From: Phoronis australis
Lineage: Eukaryota; Animalia; Phoronida
Reading direction: 5' to 3'
Assembly: GCA_002633005.1 (NCBI GenBank)
Contig: NMRA01000053.1
Location: forward strand, 1,163,322-1,227,321
DNA length: 64,000 nt
The notes beneath the pieces were generated by a model that was given only the letters and a program-made list of their open reading frames with translations, was not told the origin of the DNA and made no database searches. Shown here piece after piece: positions 39,101-49,555 of this stretch. A program made the translations under genes and the position numbers. Within the stretch, counting starts at the first letter, position 1. The number at the start of each line of letters is the position of its first letter.

Positions 39101-42100
39101 ACGGATTTTCAGAAAATTGGGAATATAGGCATCTATTCAGTGGTGAGATGGTGCTATCCTCCGAGTTGCATGGTCATATTTACTTTTCATGTTTCGAACC
39201 TAGTTTTCCGAAAAAAATATACCCTTTCGTTAGACAACTCTTTGGTGCACTAACTTATTTTCTAATGTATTTTTATGCGCCCACATAGTTATATGTGGAC
39301 GCATTATGCCGTCATCTCGGTCCCTCCGTCTGGCGTCCGCTGCTCTATCTCCAAAACCGTTTGACGTACGTTCATGAAATTTTGCACATATGATTCTATT
39401 GTGGATGGGACGGCATGAGCAAACTACTGGTGTGCCCCCTAGAGGCAATTTTAGTTTTTTACACTTACTTCTATATCTTCAAATGTCCTCAACGTATTTT
39501 CATAAAATTTAGAATACTGGCACCTATTAGTGAGGTGATGCTATCCTGCCGTTTTCGGATGGATTCGACGTAGTTTGCGCCACCTAGTGGCCATTTTTTG
39601 CCGAGTCTGTTTTTTGACGTCCTCCCACCTATCAACCAAACCGCTATAAGGATGATTGTGGAAATTGGCATGTATGTTTTTATTATGAAGAGGATGGCTG
39701 ACAATGATTTTCAGACGGTTTGACTACTGTGGCTCCTCCTAGTGGCATTTTTGTCTCTTTTTGTGCCCATGGCTGTATTTCCTAAACCGTTTGCAGGATC
39801 TTTACTAAAATCTGCACGCGCATTTATATGGTGTTGACAATGGATGACGACGACTTTCGGACGGATCTGACAACCGGTGTGCCCCCCTATGGGTAATTTA
39901 TTTTTTTTACGTTTACCTCTGTACCTTCAAAGGTCCTCAACGTATTTTCATAAAATTTGAAATGCAGGCACCTATTAGTGAGATGAAGCTATCCTCCCAT
40001 TTTCGGATGGATTTCACGTAGTTTTCGCCACCTAGTGGCCATTTTTACCGTTTTTAGTCTGTTTTTAGCGTCCACCCCTCTATCAACCAAACCGCACTAA
40101 AGACGAATGTGAAAATTGGCATGTATGTTCTTACTACGAAGCTGACGATGATTTTCCAATGATTTCGACTACTGTGGCGCCTCTTAGTGACAGTTTTGTT
40201 TTGTTTTGTGCTCATAGCTGTATCTCCTAAACTCACTGCAGGATTTTATTAAATTTAGTAACTGTATTTATATGAAGCTAACGACAGATGATGACGTCTT
40301 TCTGGTGGATCAAATGAAGGCTGTCTCCCAAAGTGGCAATTTCAATTTTTTCCTTTGTTTCTCTGAAGTTCCTTGACAGATTTTTATGAAATTTGGGAAA
40401 TAGCTTTCTATTAAAGAAGCGATGGCATGGTCCCATTTTCAGATGGGTTGGACGTTTTTTCGCCCTGTGGTGGCTATTTTTATGAAACAAATAAACAACC
40501 CTGGAAGCACTCCATTTGCGGTGCATTCGTGGGCGCATTTTAACGCCCCGCGTTGCTTTGGTTTTACGTCTCTGTGGTTAATTATGGACACATTTTTATG
40601 CGCCCACATATTTATATGTGGACGCATTATGCCGTCATCTCCGTCCGTCCGTCCGGGCGGCGTCCCGCGTCAGGCGTCCGCTGCTCTATCTCCAAAACCC
40701 TTTGACATACGTTCATGAAAGTTGGCACATATGTTTCATTCATGAATGGGAAGGAATGTGCGAACTTTCGGACGGATCCGACTACCGGTGTGCCCCCTAG
40801 TTGCAATTTTAGTTTTTTACGCTTACCTTTGTATCTTCAAAAGTCCTGAACGGATTTTCATGAAATTTGGTGTGTAGGCACCTTTTAGAAAGATGACGCT
40901 ATCCTCCCGTTTTCAGATGGATTCGACATAGTTTGCGCCACCTAGTGGCCATTTTTAGTGTTTTCGAGTCTGTTTTTGTGCGTCCACCCCTCTATCAACC
41001 AAACCGCTCAAAGGATGATTGTGAAAATTGGCATGTATATGCTTACTATGTAGTGGACGGCTGACGATGATTTTCCGACGATTTAGACTACTGTGGCGCC
41101 TCCTAGTGGCAGTTTTGTTTTTTTTGCGCCTATGGCTGTATCTCCTAAACCTTTCGCAGGATCTTTACGAAATTGTGTAAGTATATTTATATGATTTTAA
41201 CAACGGAAGATGACGTCTTTTGGACGGATCCGACTACCGGTGTGCCCCCTAGTGGCAATTTAATTTTTTACGCTTACCTTTGTATCTTCAAAAGTCCTGA
41301 ATGGATTTTCATGAAATTTGGTATGTAGGCACCTATTAGTAAGATGACGCTATCCTCTCGATTTCGGATGGATTCGACCAAGTTTGCGACACCCAGTGGC
41401 CATTTTTACTGTTTTTGAGTCTGTTTTTTGGCGTCCACCCCTCTTTCAACCAAACCGCTCTAAGTATGATTGTGAAAATTGGCATGTATGTTTTTACTAT
41501 GAAGAGGACGGTTGACGCTGAATTTCCCATGACTTTGATAACTGTGGTGCCTCCTAGTGGCAGTTTTTTTGCGCCCATGGGTGTATCTCCCAAACCGTTT
41601 GCAGGATCTTTACTAAACTTAGCAACTGTATTTTTGTGATGTTGACAACGGACGGCGACGACTTTAGGATGATTCTGACTACCGGTATGCCTCTAGTGGC
41701 AATTTAAGTATTTTACATTGACCTCTGTATTTTCATAGGTCTTCAGGTGTATACTTAGTGTTACTTCGTGACTATGAAGGAAAAGTTCCAAGTAGAAATT
41801 TGTTTCTGGCATTCTAATGCTGTGCTAATCTTGTATGTTGATAAATTTGTTTTTAATTCTTTGTTTCTGTGGTGCTTTAAGCAACTGATGTATAGGATGT
41901 GCATGTATTATGAAGATCACTCACATTTTGCCCCTAGCCTATTGAGGAGACAATGACCATCTGTCTTTCCATTTTGCAAAGTACAACATACTACATATAC
42001 ATGTGTGCCCTCTACTGGTCACTTTATGGTACCAATAAACAACCCTAGAAGGATACCGTATACGGTGCAATTGTGGCGCATTTCAACGCTCTGCGTTGCT

Positions 42101-44671
42101 CTTGTTAAGATTTAATATCCAGGTTGGACTCTAAAGACCGGCCATTTATTAAACTCACGCAATGTCAACTTCCGCTTTGCTTATCGCAGTGAGCCTCGCT
42201 TTGGATTTTAATGTCCGCCGCATGAATTAGGTCTATTGGCAAGAGCATTGCTGACTTGCTATGTACCCCTAGAGGCTCCTTGAAGTTTATTGTATTGCTC
42301 TATTTAATGATATTTTTAAAATAGTTATCTTCCCTTGTATCTGCGCTGTACGCGATGCACACGGAGGTTGCAATTTCAACGCTTCGCGTTGCTCTTGTTT
42401 GGAAAGTCTTCAGTTCCGGACACCTAGTTAACATTTTGTGATATTTTTAAAAGAAGGCAGATATGAAGAACAGACAGATGTGACTTATTTGTACATTTCT
42501 GTGAAACATATTGTGTAAAAGGTTTCAAACTGAAAATACTTCCCGCCAAAACGGGCTTTCGTTGACAACTCCAGAAAAGTCCAAGGACACAGGTACTATA
42601 TCAATTCACTACTACACCCACAAAAACAAATTGAGAAAAATGTGATGCTAAATATGTAGGGAATAATTGCTTTATCGGTATACTGAGTTTGTAATCATTA
42701 AATGCAACTCCTGTGTCGGCAGTAACAATCACTACGAAACCAAGGGGCATCAGTTGCTCCTAGGCGTTCACACCACCTATTCGCTTGCAGAATTTATTTT
42801 TATTTATTTATTTAAACTTCTTTAAAAGACAAGGTGTCCACTTCAGTGAATACGCTGATTTTCAAGTAGACCCAGTCGGAAATGATTACATGAAGTAAAA
42901 TACAGTCAGTTACGTGTATTAGTTAGATCGAAAAAATTAATAAATAAATAAATTACGTATTCAATCTGTTAATATGTAAAATTTGATGAATAAATCAGAT
43001 GAATTAGAGTAAGAAAGTGATGAGCTGAGGCCTGCAGTCCCGAACAATGCACAAAGTCCCTGTTTGAAGACGTGCACATTGGGCGCGTTCGCGACGGGAG
43101 TCCCCAGCCCGTTGTAAGCGGCAGCATCTCTGTAGGCAAAAGTTCTTTTGCCACAGTTGTTTTTAGGTTTATCTGGTACCAGGCAGCCAGAAGCGCTTTC
43201 TCTAGTATTGTAATTGTGAGAATCTCTGACTGCCTTGAATTTAGTCGTAAGGTAATTGGGTGTGAGGCTATGTGTGGCTTTGTACACCATAAAGTTTAAA
43301 TGAAAGGCACGCCTGCTAACCAGGCTGCACCAACCAAGTTTATCGAGGTCAGCAATAGCAATGTCATAATAAAATGAAATTAAAACACCTTCTCATTTGA
43401 AATGGGCTTTTCTCAAATAAATGAGCTTCGAAAAAAGGACTTAAATTGAATACTTAATAATAGATTAATAATCTAATGTCCGAATATTTTGTTTCTTTTG
43501 ATAGTTACTAGCAGGCTAAAACCAAATATTTTTCTTTTGGCAAACTCCTTTGTGACAAGTGGTTTCCTGCAAAATCTTGTATAGGTGAGACAGCTGAGTT
43601 TTAGAGATTCACTTTTGTGTTTCTGGAGGGCACTTTCCAGATAACGAATTCGATGCTCAGTGTGACACACGCACAGTACGACTGTTCAGTTTGAATCAAT
43701 GTGGGCCGGTACTTGGAATTTCAACATCACATGGGCGAGATGTTTAGCAAGACCTATTTAGAGTGTATTTTATCTGACATATGCGCCATCTAGTGCACTG
43801 AATCGTATGGAATTCGTTTTCGAATGACCTGAAATGATTGAGGTAGTTTAATTTTTTGGGGGCCTTCTGGTGTTTTTGTCTAGCATTCGCAGGGTGCAAC
43901 TCTTGTGGTCTTGAGTCTTGCGGTGATAAGTGTTTTACGATCATTCATTTTAATTCAGTTTTGAAAAAACTCCTCAACATGTGTTGTAATCTATCTCGCA
44001 TTTTTTAGTGTTCTATGGGTGATAATCCATATTAGTTTCTGGTGCACCTAACAATGAGTGTATATTATGTATAAGCTATTTACTGATCAGTGGCTTGTCC
44101 TGGATCACATGAAATTATTTGTGTGTGTGTTGCCTCGGCTACTTTGATGCAGGTAATTTTAGAGATTTGTTTTCGGGTTTCTGGCCGGCACTTTTCAACG
44201 TGCAATTTTTTCTCTGTCTTGGTCATTCAGTTCCCAGTTTGCGAAGGAATGTTCATTAAAAATCCGTTTTGGTCATTACCTCGAATATATGATCTCATGT
44301 ATAGCTCAATTTCGGTTCCTCTTATAGTGTCCCCAGGGGACTCACACAGAGTGCAGACATTGACAGAGACCCATTTATGAACATACAGTACTGGGGTGTA
44401 ATCTGTACTCCTGTGATTAAATGTCTAGGCTAAGTACTCTGGACTGCCGGTCTGTTAGTTCTTTACTACTGTACGTTAAACTGGATATCGACGTGTTTCG
44501 TTGGTAGGTTGTGAACGCTCAGATGGACGGCACATGGAGTACGGCCAGACGTACATGTACCACGTAGAGGATAGCGGCAAGAGTTACAAGTGCACGTGCG
44601 TTAACGGTCGAGATCCAAGAGTATTGGATGATGCTCCTCATTCACACATTAAGTGTGAGCCTGTTGAGTAG
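30185..44671 (+). CDS. Secreted cysteine-rich protein, gene 1 (signal peptide-KR + modules A, B, C), 175 aa, family unassigned
   Basis: Exons 30185-30267 (MWSTIVLCCSALLWSSAPQVRSQLLPK/R), 32511-32617 (CLFKDYSLVTWFKDCNIEWEMDEPFCVTAINNCPT), 33631-33804 (TCIDGSGGTHQWQEKWTETRDAATFDCECERWRPWMFPAELPSPLQEIIPPSANCFRR) and 44508-44671 (GCERSDGRHMEYGQTYMYHVEDSGKSYKCTCVNGRDPRVLDDAPHSHIKCEPVE*). GT-AG introns with phases 2,1,1; each exon has clear paralogues at 49.5-63.6 kb with conserved Cys and splice sites; AATAAA at 44836. Confidence 0.88.
34838..42400 (+). mobile_element. Cluster of nested/tandem DINE-1/HINE-like (Helentron-associated non-autonomous) elements in intron 3 of gene 1
   Basis: 5' ends after T-runs with hairpin ATGCGCCCACATA-TTTA-TATGTGGACGCAT followed by GTCC-type microsatellite (37274, 39275, 40598); 3' subterminal inverted repeat GTGGGCGCAT plus stem-loop AACGC-nnn-GCGTT and GCTCTTGTTT (near 36234, 40529, 42072; stem-loop only near 42377); central ~150-bp tandem repeats. 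Complete-looking copies at 39275-40565 and 40598-42106. Confidence 0.8.
38031..38344 (+). other. Duplicate of 36960-37273 across a gap (likely alternative haplotype)
   Basis: About 314 bp near-identical; diverges exactly where the HINE at 37274 begins. Confidence 0.7.
42790..43350 (-). mobile_element. 5'-truncated LINE (CR1/L2-group-like) ORF2 C-terminus, 3'UTR and AAAT-type tail
   Basis: LGW.SL..RR..H..MVYKATHSLTPNYL..F...HNYNTR...L..P...GKRTFAY..A..YN.L....FKQGL matches the typical CR1/L2-group ORF2 end; (TAAA)n tail on the minus strand at about 42790-42812. Confidence 0.8.
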
Positions 44672-44835
44672 TGCAAAACTAAGTAAATTCGATTTTCGCA
44701 TTTAAATGGAGAGAAATATTTATAATAATGATGCTGTAACTGAGAAATATTGAGTTTTTCTGTCATTTTAAATTTGCTAAATCGCCTTCTAATCTCAATG
44801 GCAATATCAAAATTGTCATTTTAGTGCGCTCACAC

Positions 44836-44841
44836 AATAAA
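44836..44841 (+). terminator. Candidate polyadenylation signal (AATAAA) of gene 1
   Basis: 165 nt after the stop at 44671; a second AATAAA lies near 44928. Confidence 0.45.
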
Positions 44842-46654
44842 CATATACATATACATATACAAAATTGATTAAACACACGAGACTTTTCGTTATTTACAGT
44901 CTTTATTCCGTTTCGTTCATATGCTCGGAATAAAACTCTTCACTCAACGCAACATTGATGAAGTAACTGACCAAGAGACATGATTAAAATGTACACGATA
45001 TTTCGAAACATAATTGTTTCATTCTCAAATGGAAATAACAGGACGCAGTAATTTCACCACAGAGCATAAGCTGGAGACATGCTCAGTGGGACACAGCATA
45101 CAATAACGATGAACTTTTTTCCTGTAATGAAAATAAATTCCTTTGAAAAACTAAAATTATGCTTGATGTACATGTAGTACTCACGGCAATTTAATGGAAA
45201 TATGCTGTGTTGTTGCTCAGTTTTGATACGAAAGTAACACAGTAATGATACAAAATGTAATTAATTCATTGCACCACTCTTATTTTGTAACCTTTTTCAT
45301 GTTTTATGTGTAGAAAGTTCATTACTGTTCGACACACAACGATGCGTTCCCGATCGCATAAACAAACACAATTTTGCGTTCTCGATCGCTTATCGTTGCG
45401 TTCTCGATCGTATCTTTCAGCAGAAAAGCGTAGAAAAATCAGAGATCCTGACAAAACTACAAAAAACAAGCGTTGCGTTATGTTTTCACGCGTCATTTCT
45501 TCATAACTTCATGGTAAATTCATTGATTTAGTACCAAAAATAACGGCAATTTACCAAAAATGACATACAAATTACCTTGGGCTTAAGCGATGCCTCTGTC
45601 AATGTAGCTTTTTCCCTATAATTGAAAGAGACTAGCCTAAACCTCTACCTGCCCTTCCTCAATGTGTTACGCCTTGAACTCATGTCTCTGTTTTCACATT
45701 GGAAGTAAAAACAACTAAAATTCATCAAATTTACTCACCTTGCTCGGCTTTGCTTCTCGCGCCAAATTTCGTTCTCGATCGCCTTCCGGTCGTTCTCGAT
45801 CGCGGGTTGGCCGGGGTGTACTACACCACCACTAATTTCACTCGTAATTTGGTACTAAGAGACCTACTTGTTTATGGTCCACAGCGTTTGCGCGCGAAAC
45901 CTACTTCTTTTTGTACTATTTATTACACTTTTTTACATTTTGTGCAATCAGTTCGTAACAACTTTGTTGTATTTAAAATAGTCTTCAATTGCCCAAAAGA
46001 CCAAATCCATTATTTTTTATTGGCATTAATGACGCGATTGCTTTGGAAATCGTCTTAAGGTTTGACAGCGAGAGAATTATGAGTTTCTGAGTGATTCACT
46101 AAGGCTTCGATTAAAATTCACATCTTGCCTGCACACATTTCAATCTTGTTTCCGCCGTATAATGTTAATTACCGAGGTCAATTAATAAACTAAACATTTC
46201 CCTACACTCTTGCTGTTTTATTTTTTATGCGGCAACCAAGGGGAGAGGGGGGGGGGGGGGGGGGGGNGGTGGGGTGGCGGGGCCCCTGGGCCCCCTCAAT
46301 CCGCCTATGACCATCATTGTTGAGACTATAGTGCTAGATACATGTATTACCATTCCACTTCATTAGCCCAGATCTACACCAATACAAAGGGCGAGTTAAA
46401 TAGGCGTCAAAGTTGTCTGTTGTTGAGGAAATCTGAGCAGTGTAAGTGAGAAATTCTTCACATGGTCAAGGTTTAAGAAAAGCCACGACAGTGCAAAAAG
46501 CGAGTCAACAGCTGGCAGGCTCCAAAGTCAAGGAAATGACATTCGCAACCTTCACACACGACGGCGTTCTCTCGTTCAGTGACTTAACCAGACGTACGGT
46601 TGCGCGCATGCTCTGTTGTTCATTGCCAAGCAGTCTTTTGTCTGGTATGACAAC

Positions 46655-47645
46655 GCAGACCGCTCATCCAAAACCTTTAAGGCAAACAGATGGCGCTTCT
46701 CATCAATCACGTGTCATTTTATCGCTCAAATAAGACTGTCTGCCAGAGAATCTTAACCAAGTACATTGACCTAGATTCTGATGTTGCTGACTGTAGCCAC
46801 AGGTCACGAGCGAGAGCTCATGAACCAGACAGTGTATGTCCTGATGAGTGGCGAATTTGTGTGGAAAAGAAATCTGTGTGTCCGACATTCCATGTTTAAA
46901 ACCCCATTTGTAATAACTATTTATAACATATAATTAAGATGAAAGCGTTAATAATCTACGCTGTTGTGGTTGCTCGGCCTAAACGCTGGGGGTAAAATAT
47001 ATATTCAATGAACGTGACCATGGCCGGTGAGACTACTAAACCGGGCCCGGCCACTTTTCCGCCCGGCGAGATTTTGCCGGCAACTCAACAACCATAATTT
47101 TAATTAGGTTGGAATATATAAACCACTATATTTTTTAAATTATGCTGGAATTATACATGGTGATATACATGTTAGGTTTTATTCCCTTGCGATTTTTTCT
47201 TTTTCGTTCAGTGTCTCGTTAGCCAGCAACACTGAGCCCAGCAGACTGGACTGGCCGTGGCACGGCACGGCAGCTGATGATGGTTCACCAAGTAGAAATG
47301 TCTGTAATATTTTATGTTCTATCAACACTAAGGCAAAAGAGAGTGGTTTCAACTTATATAGTATCTATTTAACGAACTGAACCATGCACTATGAACATGT
47401 TGGTGGCCATGATTAATAACAGCTGACGGTATAAACAAAGAGTAAAGCACTGAGCTCATCATGTCACGTTGTCACAACGGCGATGTGACGTCAGCAGCTG
47501 TGGAATGTAGGTCAAGGTGCTGGGTCAAGATTCAGTTCATACAAGAATGTCACATGACAGTAAGCAGCGCTGCCTGTTAGTGAAGCATCATTGCATCCAG
47601 CGCCATCTGTTTGCCGTAAAGGTTTTGGATGAGCGGGTACCTTTT
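46655..47645. mobile_element. ~1-kb non-autonomous element with 38-bp subterminal inverted repeats
   Basis: 46660-46697 vs 47599-47636 are 37/38 reverse-complement identical; flanked by ACAAC/ACAAC; absent from the paralogous site near 9450. Confidence 0.7.
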
Positions 47646-47760
47646 ACAACAGGCAGGCCAATTATCTACCGGTTTATTACAGACCACGTGTGAACACAAT
47701 CAAACCCAAAGCGGTACGTTCGGAAAGAACAGATTGTCGTACAGGAAGTTCGGTTGTAAT

Positions 47761-48077
47761 CGTAGGCGGATTTCATAGGGGGGACAAGGGGGCCCGACCT
47801 CCCCCTTTGGCTGCCGCCAAAAATAAAACAGTAAAAAAGCAAGAGCGTGGGGAAATATTTGTAACGACGAAGTGGCCGAAACAAGCTGGTGTAGAAAGCG
47901 TCTTTCCGTTTTTTTTAATCGTGCGATTGAATTTCAGCAAGGAGGTCCACATTCTCGGCAGTCCAAGCCCTCCTTCATTTCAGACTGGGTGCGCGCATGC
48001 AGTCGTGCTTTACGCGGTTGCCCGAGACAACTTGAAGGTGATGGGCCCACCCTTATGGTATCCTAGATCCACCACTG
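47761..48077. mobile_element. GC-rich MITE, same family
   Basis: Ends CGTAGGCGGA / TCCACCACTG; flanks GTAAT/GTAGT; internal segment shared (reverse complement) with 2352-2392 and 46207-46250. Confidence 0.6.
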
Positions 48078-48096
48078 GTAGTTAGGCGATTTTGGC

Positions 48097-48253
48097 CAGT
48101 GGCGAATTTACAATGCATAGTCCTGAACAAACACCGTTTACCGTTTTTTTAGTCAACAGGTCCGCAATCCCCAAAATTCGAGACTCCTGCATCCCCACGT
48201 TTTAGGCTGGGCGGGCGCGTCCCCCCTAACTCCAAATCCTGGATCCGCCCCTG
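48097..48253. mobile_element. GC-rich MITE with 5-bp TSD
   Basis: TIR CAGTGGCG / CGCCCCTG; TSD TTGGC; the empty site is visible in the paralogous repeat near 9575. Confidence 0.75.
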
Positions 48254-49494
48254 TTGGCAATTCAAAAACCAAACGTGATCAGCATTTGACAAGAGATTCA
48301 GAAACGCTATTGGTTTATTGGTTTATGTTCAAATATGTTATAGCTTAACTTTTATTTTAAACAGCACAGCCCAGGCTAGATACGATCTTATTGGAGATTA
48401 GAGCAATTATAGAACACAAGAGAACTGGCTCTCCAACCAAAAATGCCAGAATAGAGTTAATCAGTCGTGTAAGATATTGGCTACAGGGGGTCATCTTCCC
48501 AACTTGTTGTTGAGCTATAGAATCGAACAAGTTGGGATCAACGGGAAAACACCATAATGTGTAGTACACTAAAACACGAAATCTTCACCCAACCTAGCGG
48601 GCGCCTATTTCTAATGAAATTGGACCAAGTACACGGCTCAAAAAACTATTGAGTGTGATTCATAGTTCGATTGTTCACTACAAGGTGTCTACAAAGTAGC
48701 CAGGCGGCTTGAACACATATAGACACCCCACCATCGCAGATATGGTGACTGACATTTGCTCAACGCAAGATTTGTTGACATCATCGCTTTGTGTCCTCGT
48801 CTTCCTCACAGGCTAAAGCGACACCTCTCGGTCTGTTGCATTGGACACAGCACAAGGCCTTTCAAATCGGATTTGGACAAAGACTGTTTGAAACGATAAA
48901 AAATCGAAATGAAATCGGGTGACACACGCATTTAAATCATGTTTAAGCCTATTATCACACGGGAGTCCCGGCATATTCACAGGACTGGGAGTCTTAGATT
49001 TGCTCCAATGATCAAGCTCGCACATCTGCAGATGAGAAACACCAGCCGCCCCAACAAGATCATTCATTGTTTTAATAATTAGTGCTTGACGGGTTACTAA
49101 CCGATTAATAACGGTAGATAAAGGCCAATTATGGGCTTCAGTCCTGCCGTAGAAGTTGACTACGGTCTCCGGGCGACCTACTTGGCGCACGCCTGTTATT
49201 TGATACGGTACGATATGCACAAAATCGAAAGAAATGGAGTTAGTGCCCAAGACATTCAGCAAATATTTGGATGTGTATAAACACACCATTTTATCCTTCA
49301 GAAACTAGAGTAACCACGACCTGAAAGGCTAATCTCAGTACGTCCGTGGGTCGTGACTGGCGGATCACTTGTTTCGGAAGTGACTTGATCGCAGCGCCAC
49401 CCATTGTAGTTTCGTAAAGTTCTGACTCCATTCACGTTGCAAACTTTTAATCTCCCTGTACTCTAGCAAAAGTTCAGACATACACTGTACTTAG

Positions 49495-49502
49495 TATAAA
49501 AG
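49495..49502 (+). promoter_or_regulatory. TATA box (TATAAAAG) of gene 2
   Basis: Canonical TATAAAAG about 60 bp upstream of the ATG at 49556. Confidence 0.55.
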
Positions 49503-49555
49503 ACCTATTTAGCTTAAAGCGTATGACTGAATAAATTAGTCGTCATTCGCTGTGG

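Noticed and set aside
34775-41639. Many short ORFs (MPLGGTP.., RPLLYLQNPL..)
   Set aside because: Recurring translations of non-coding HINE repeats.
44660-44680. Phase-2 donor GA|GTAGTG at the gene 1 stop, splicing into gene 2 exon A1
   Set aside because: Poor donor consensus, poly(A) signals follow, and gene 2 has its own TATA box and signal exon.
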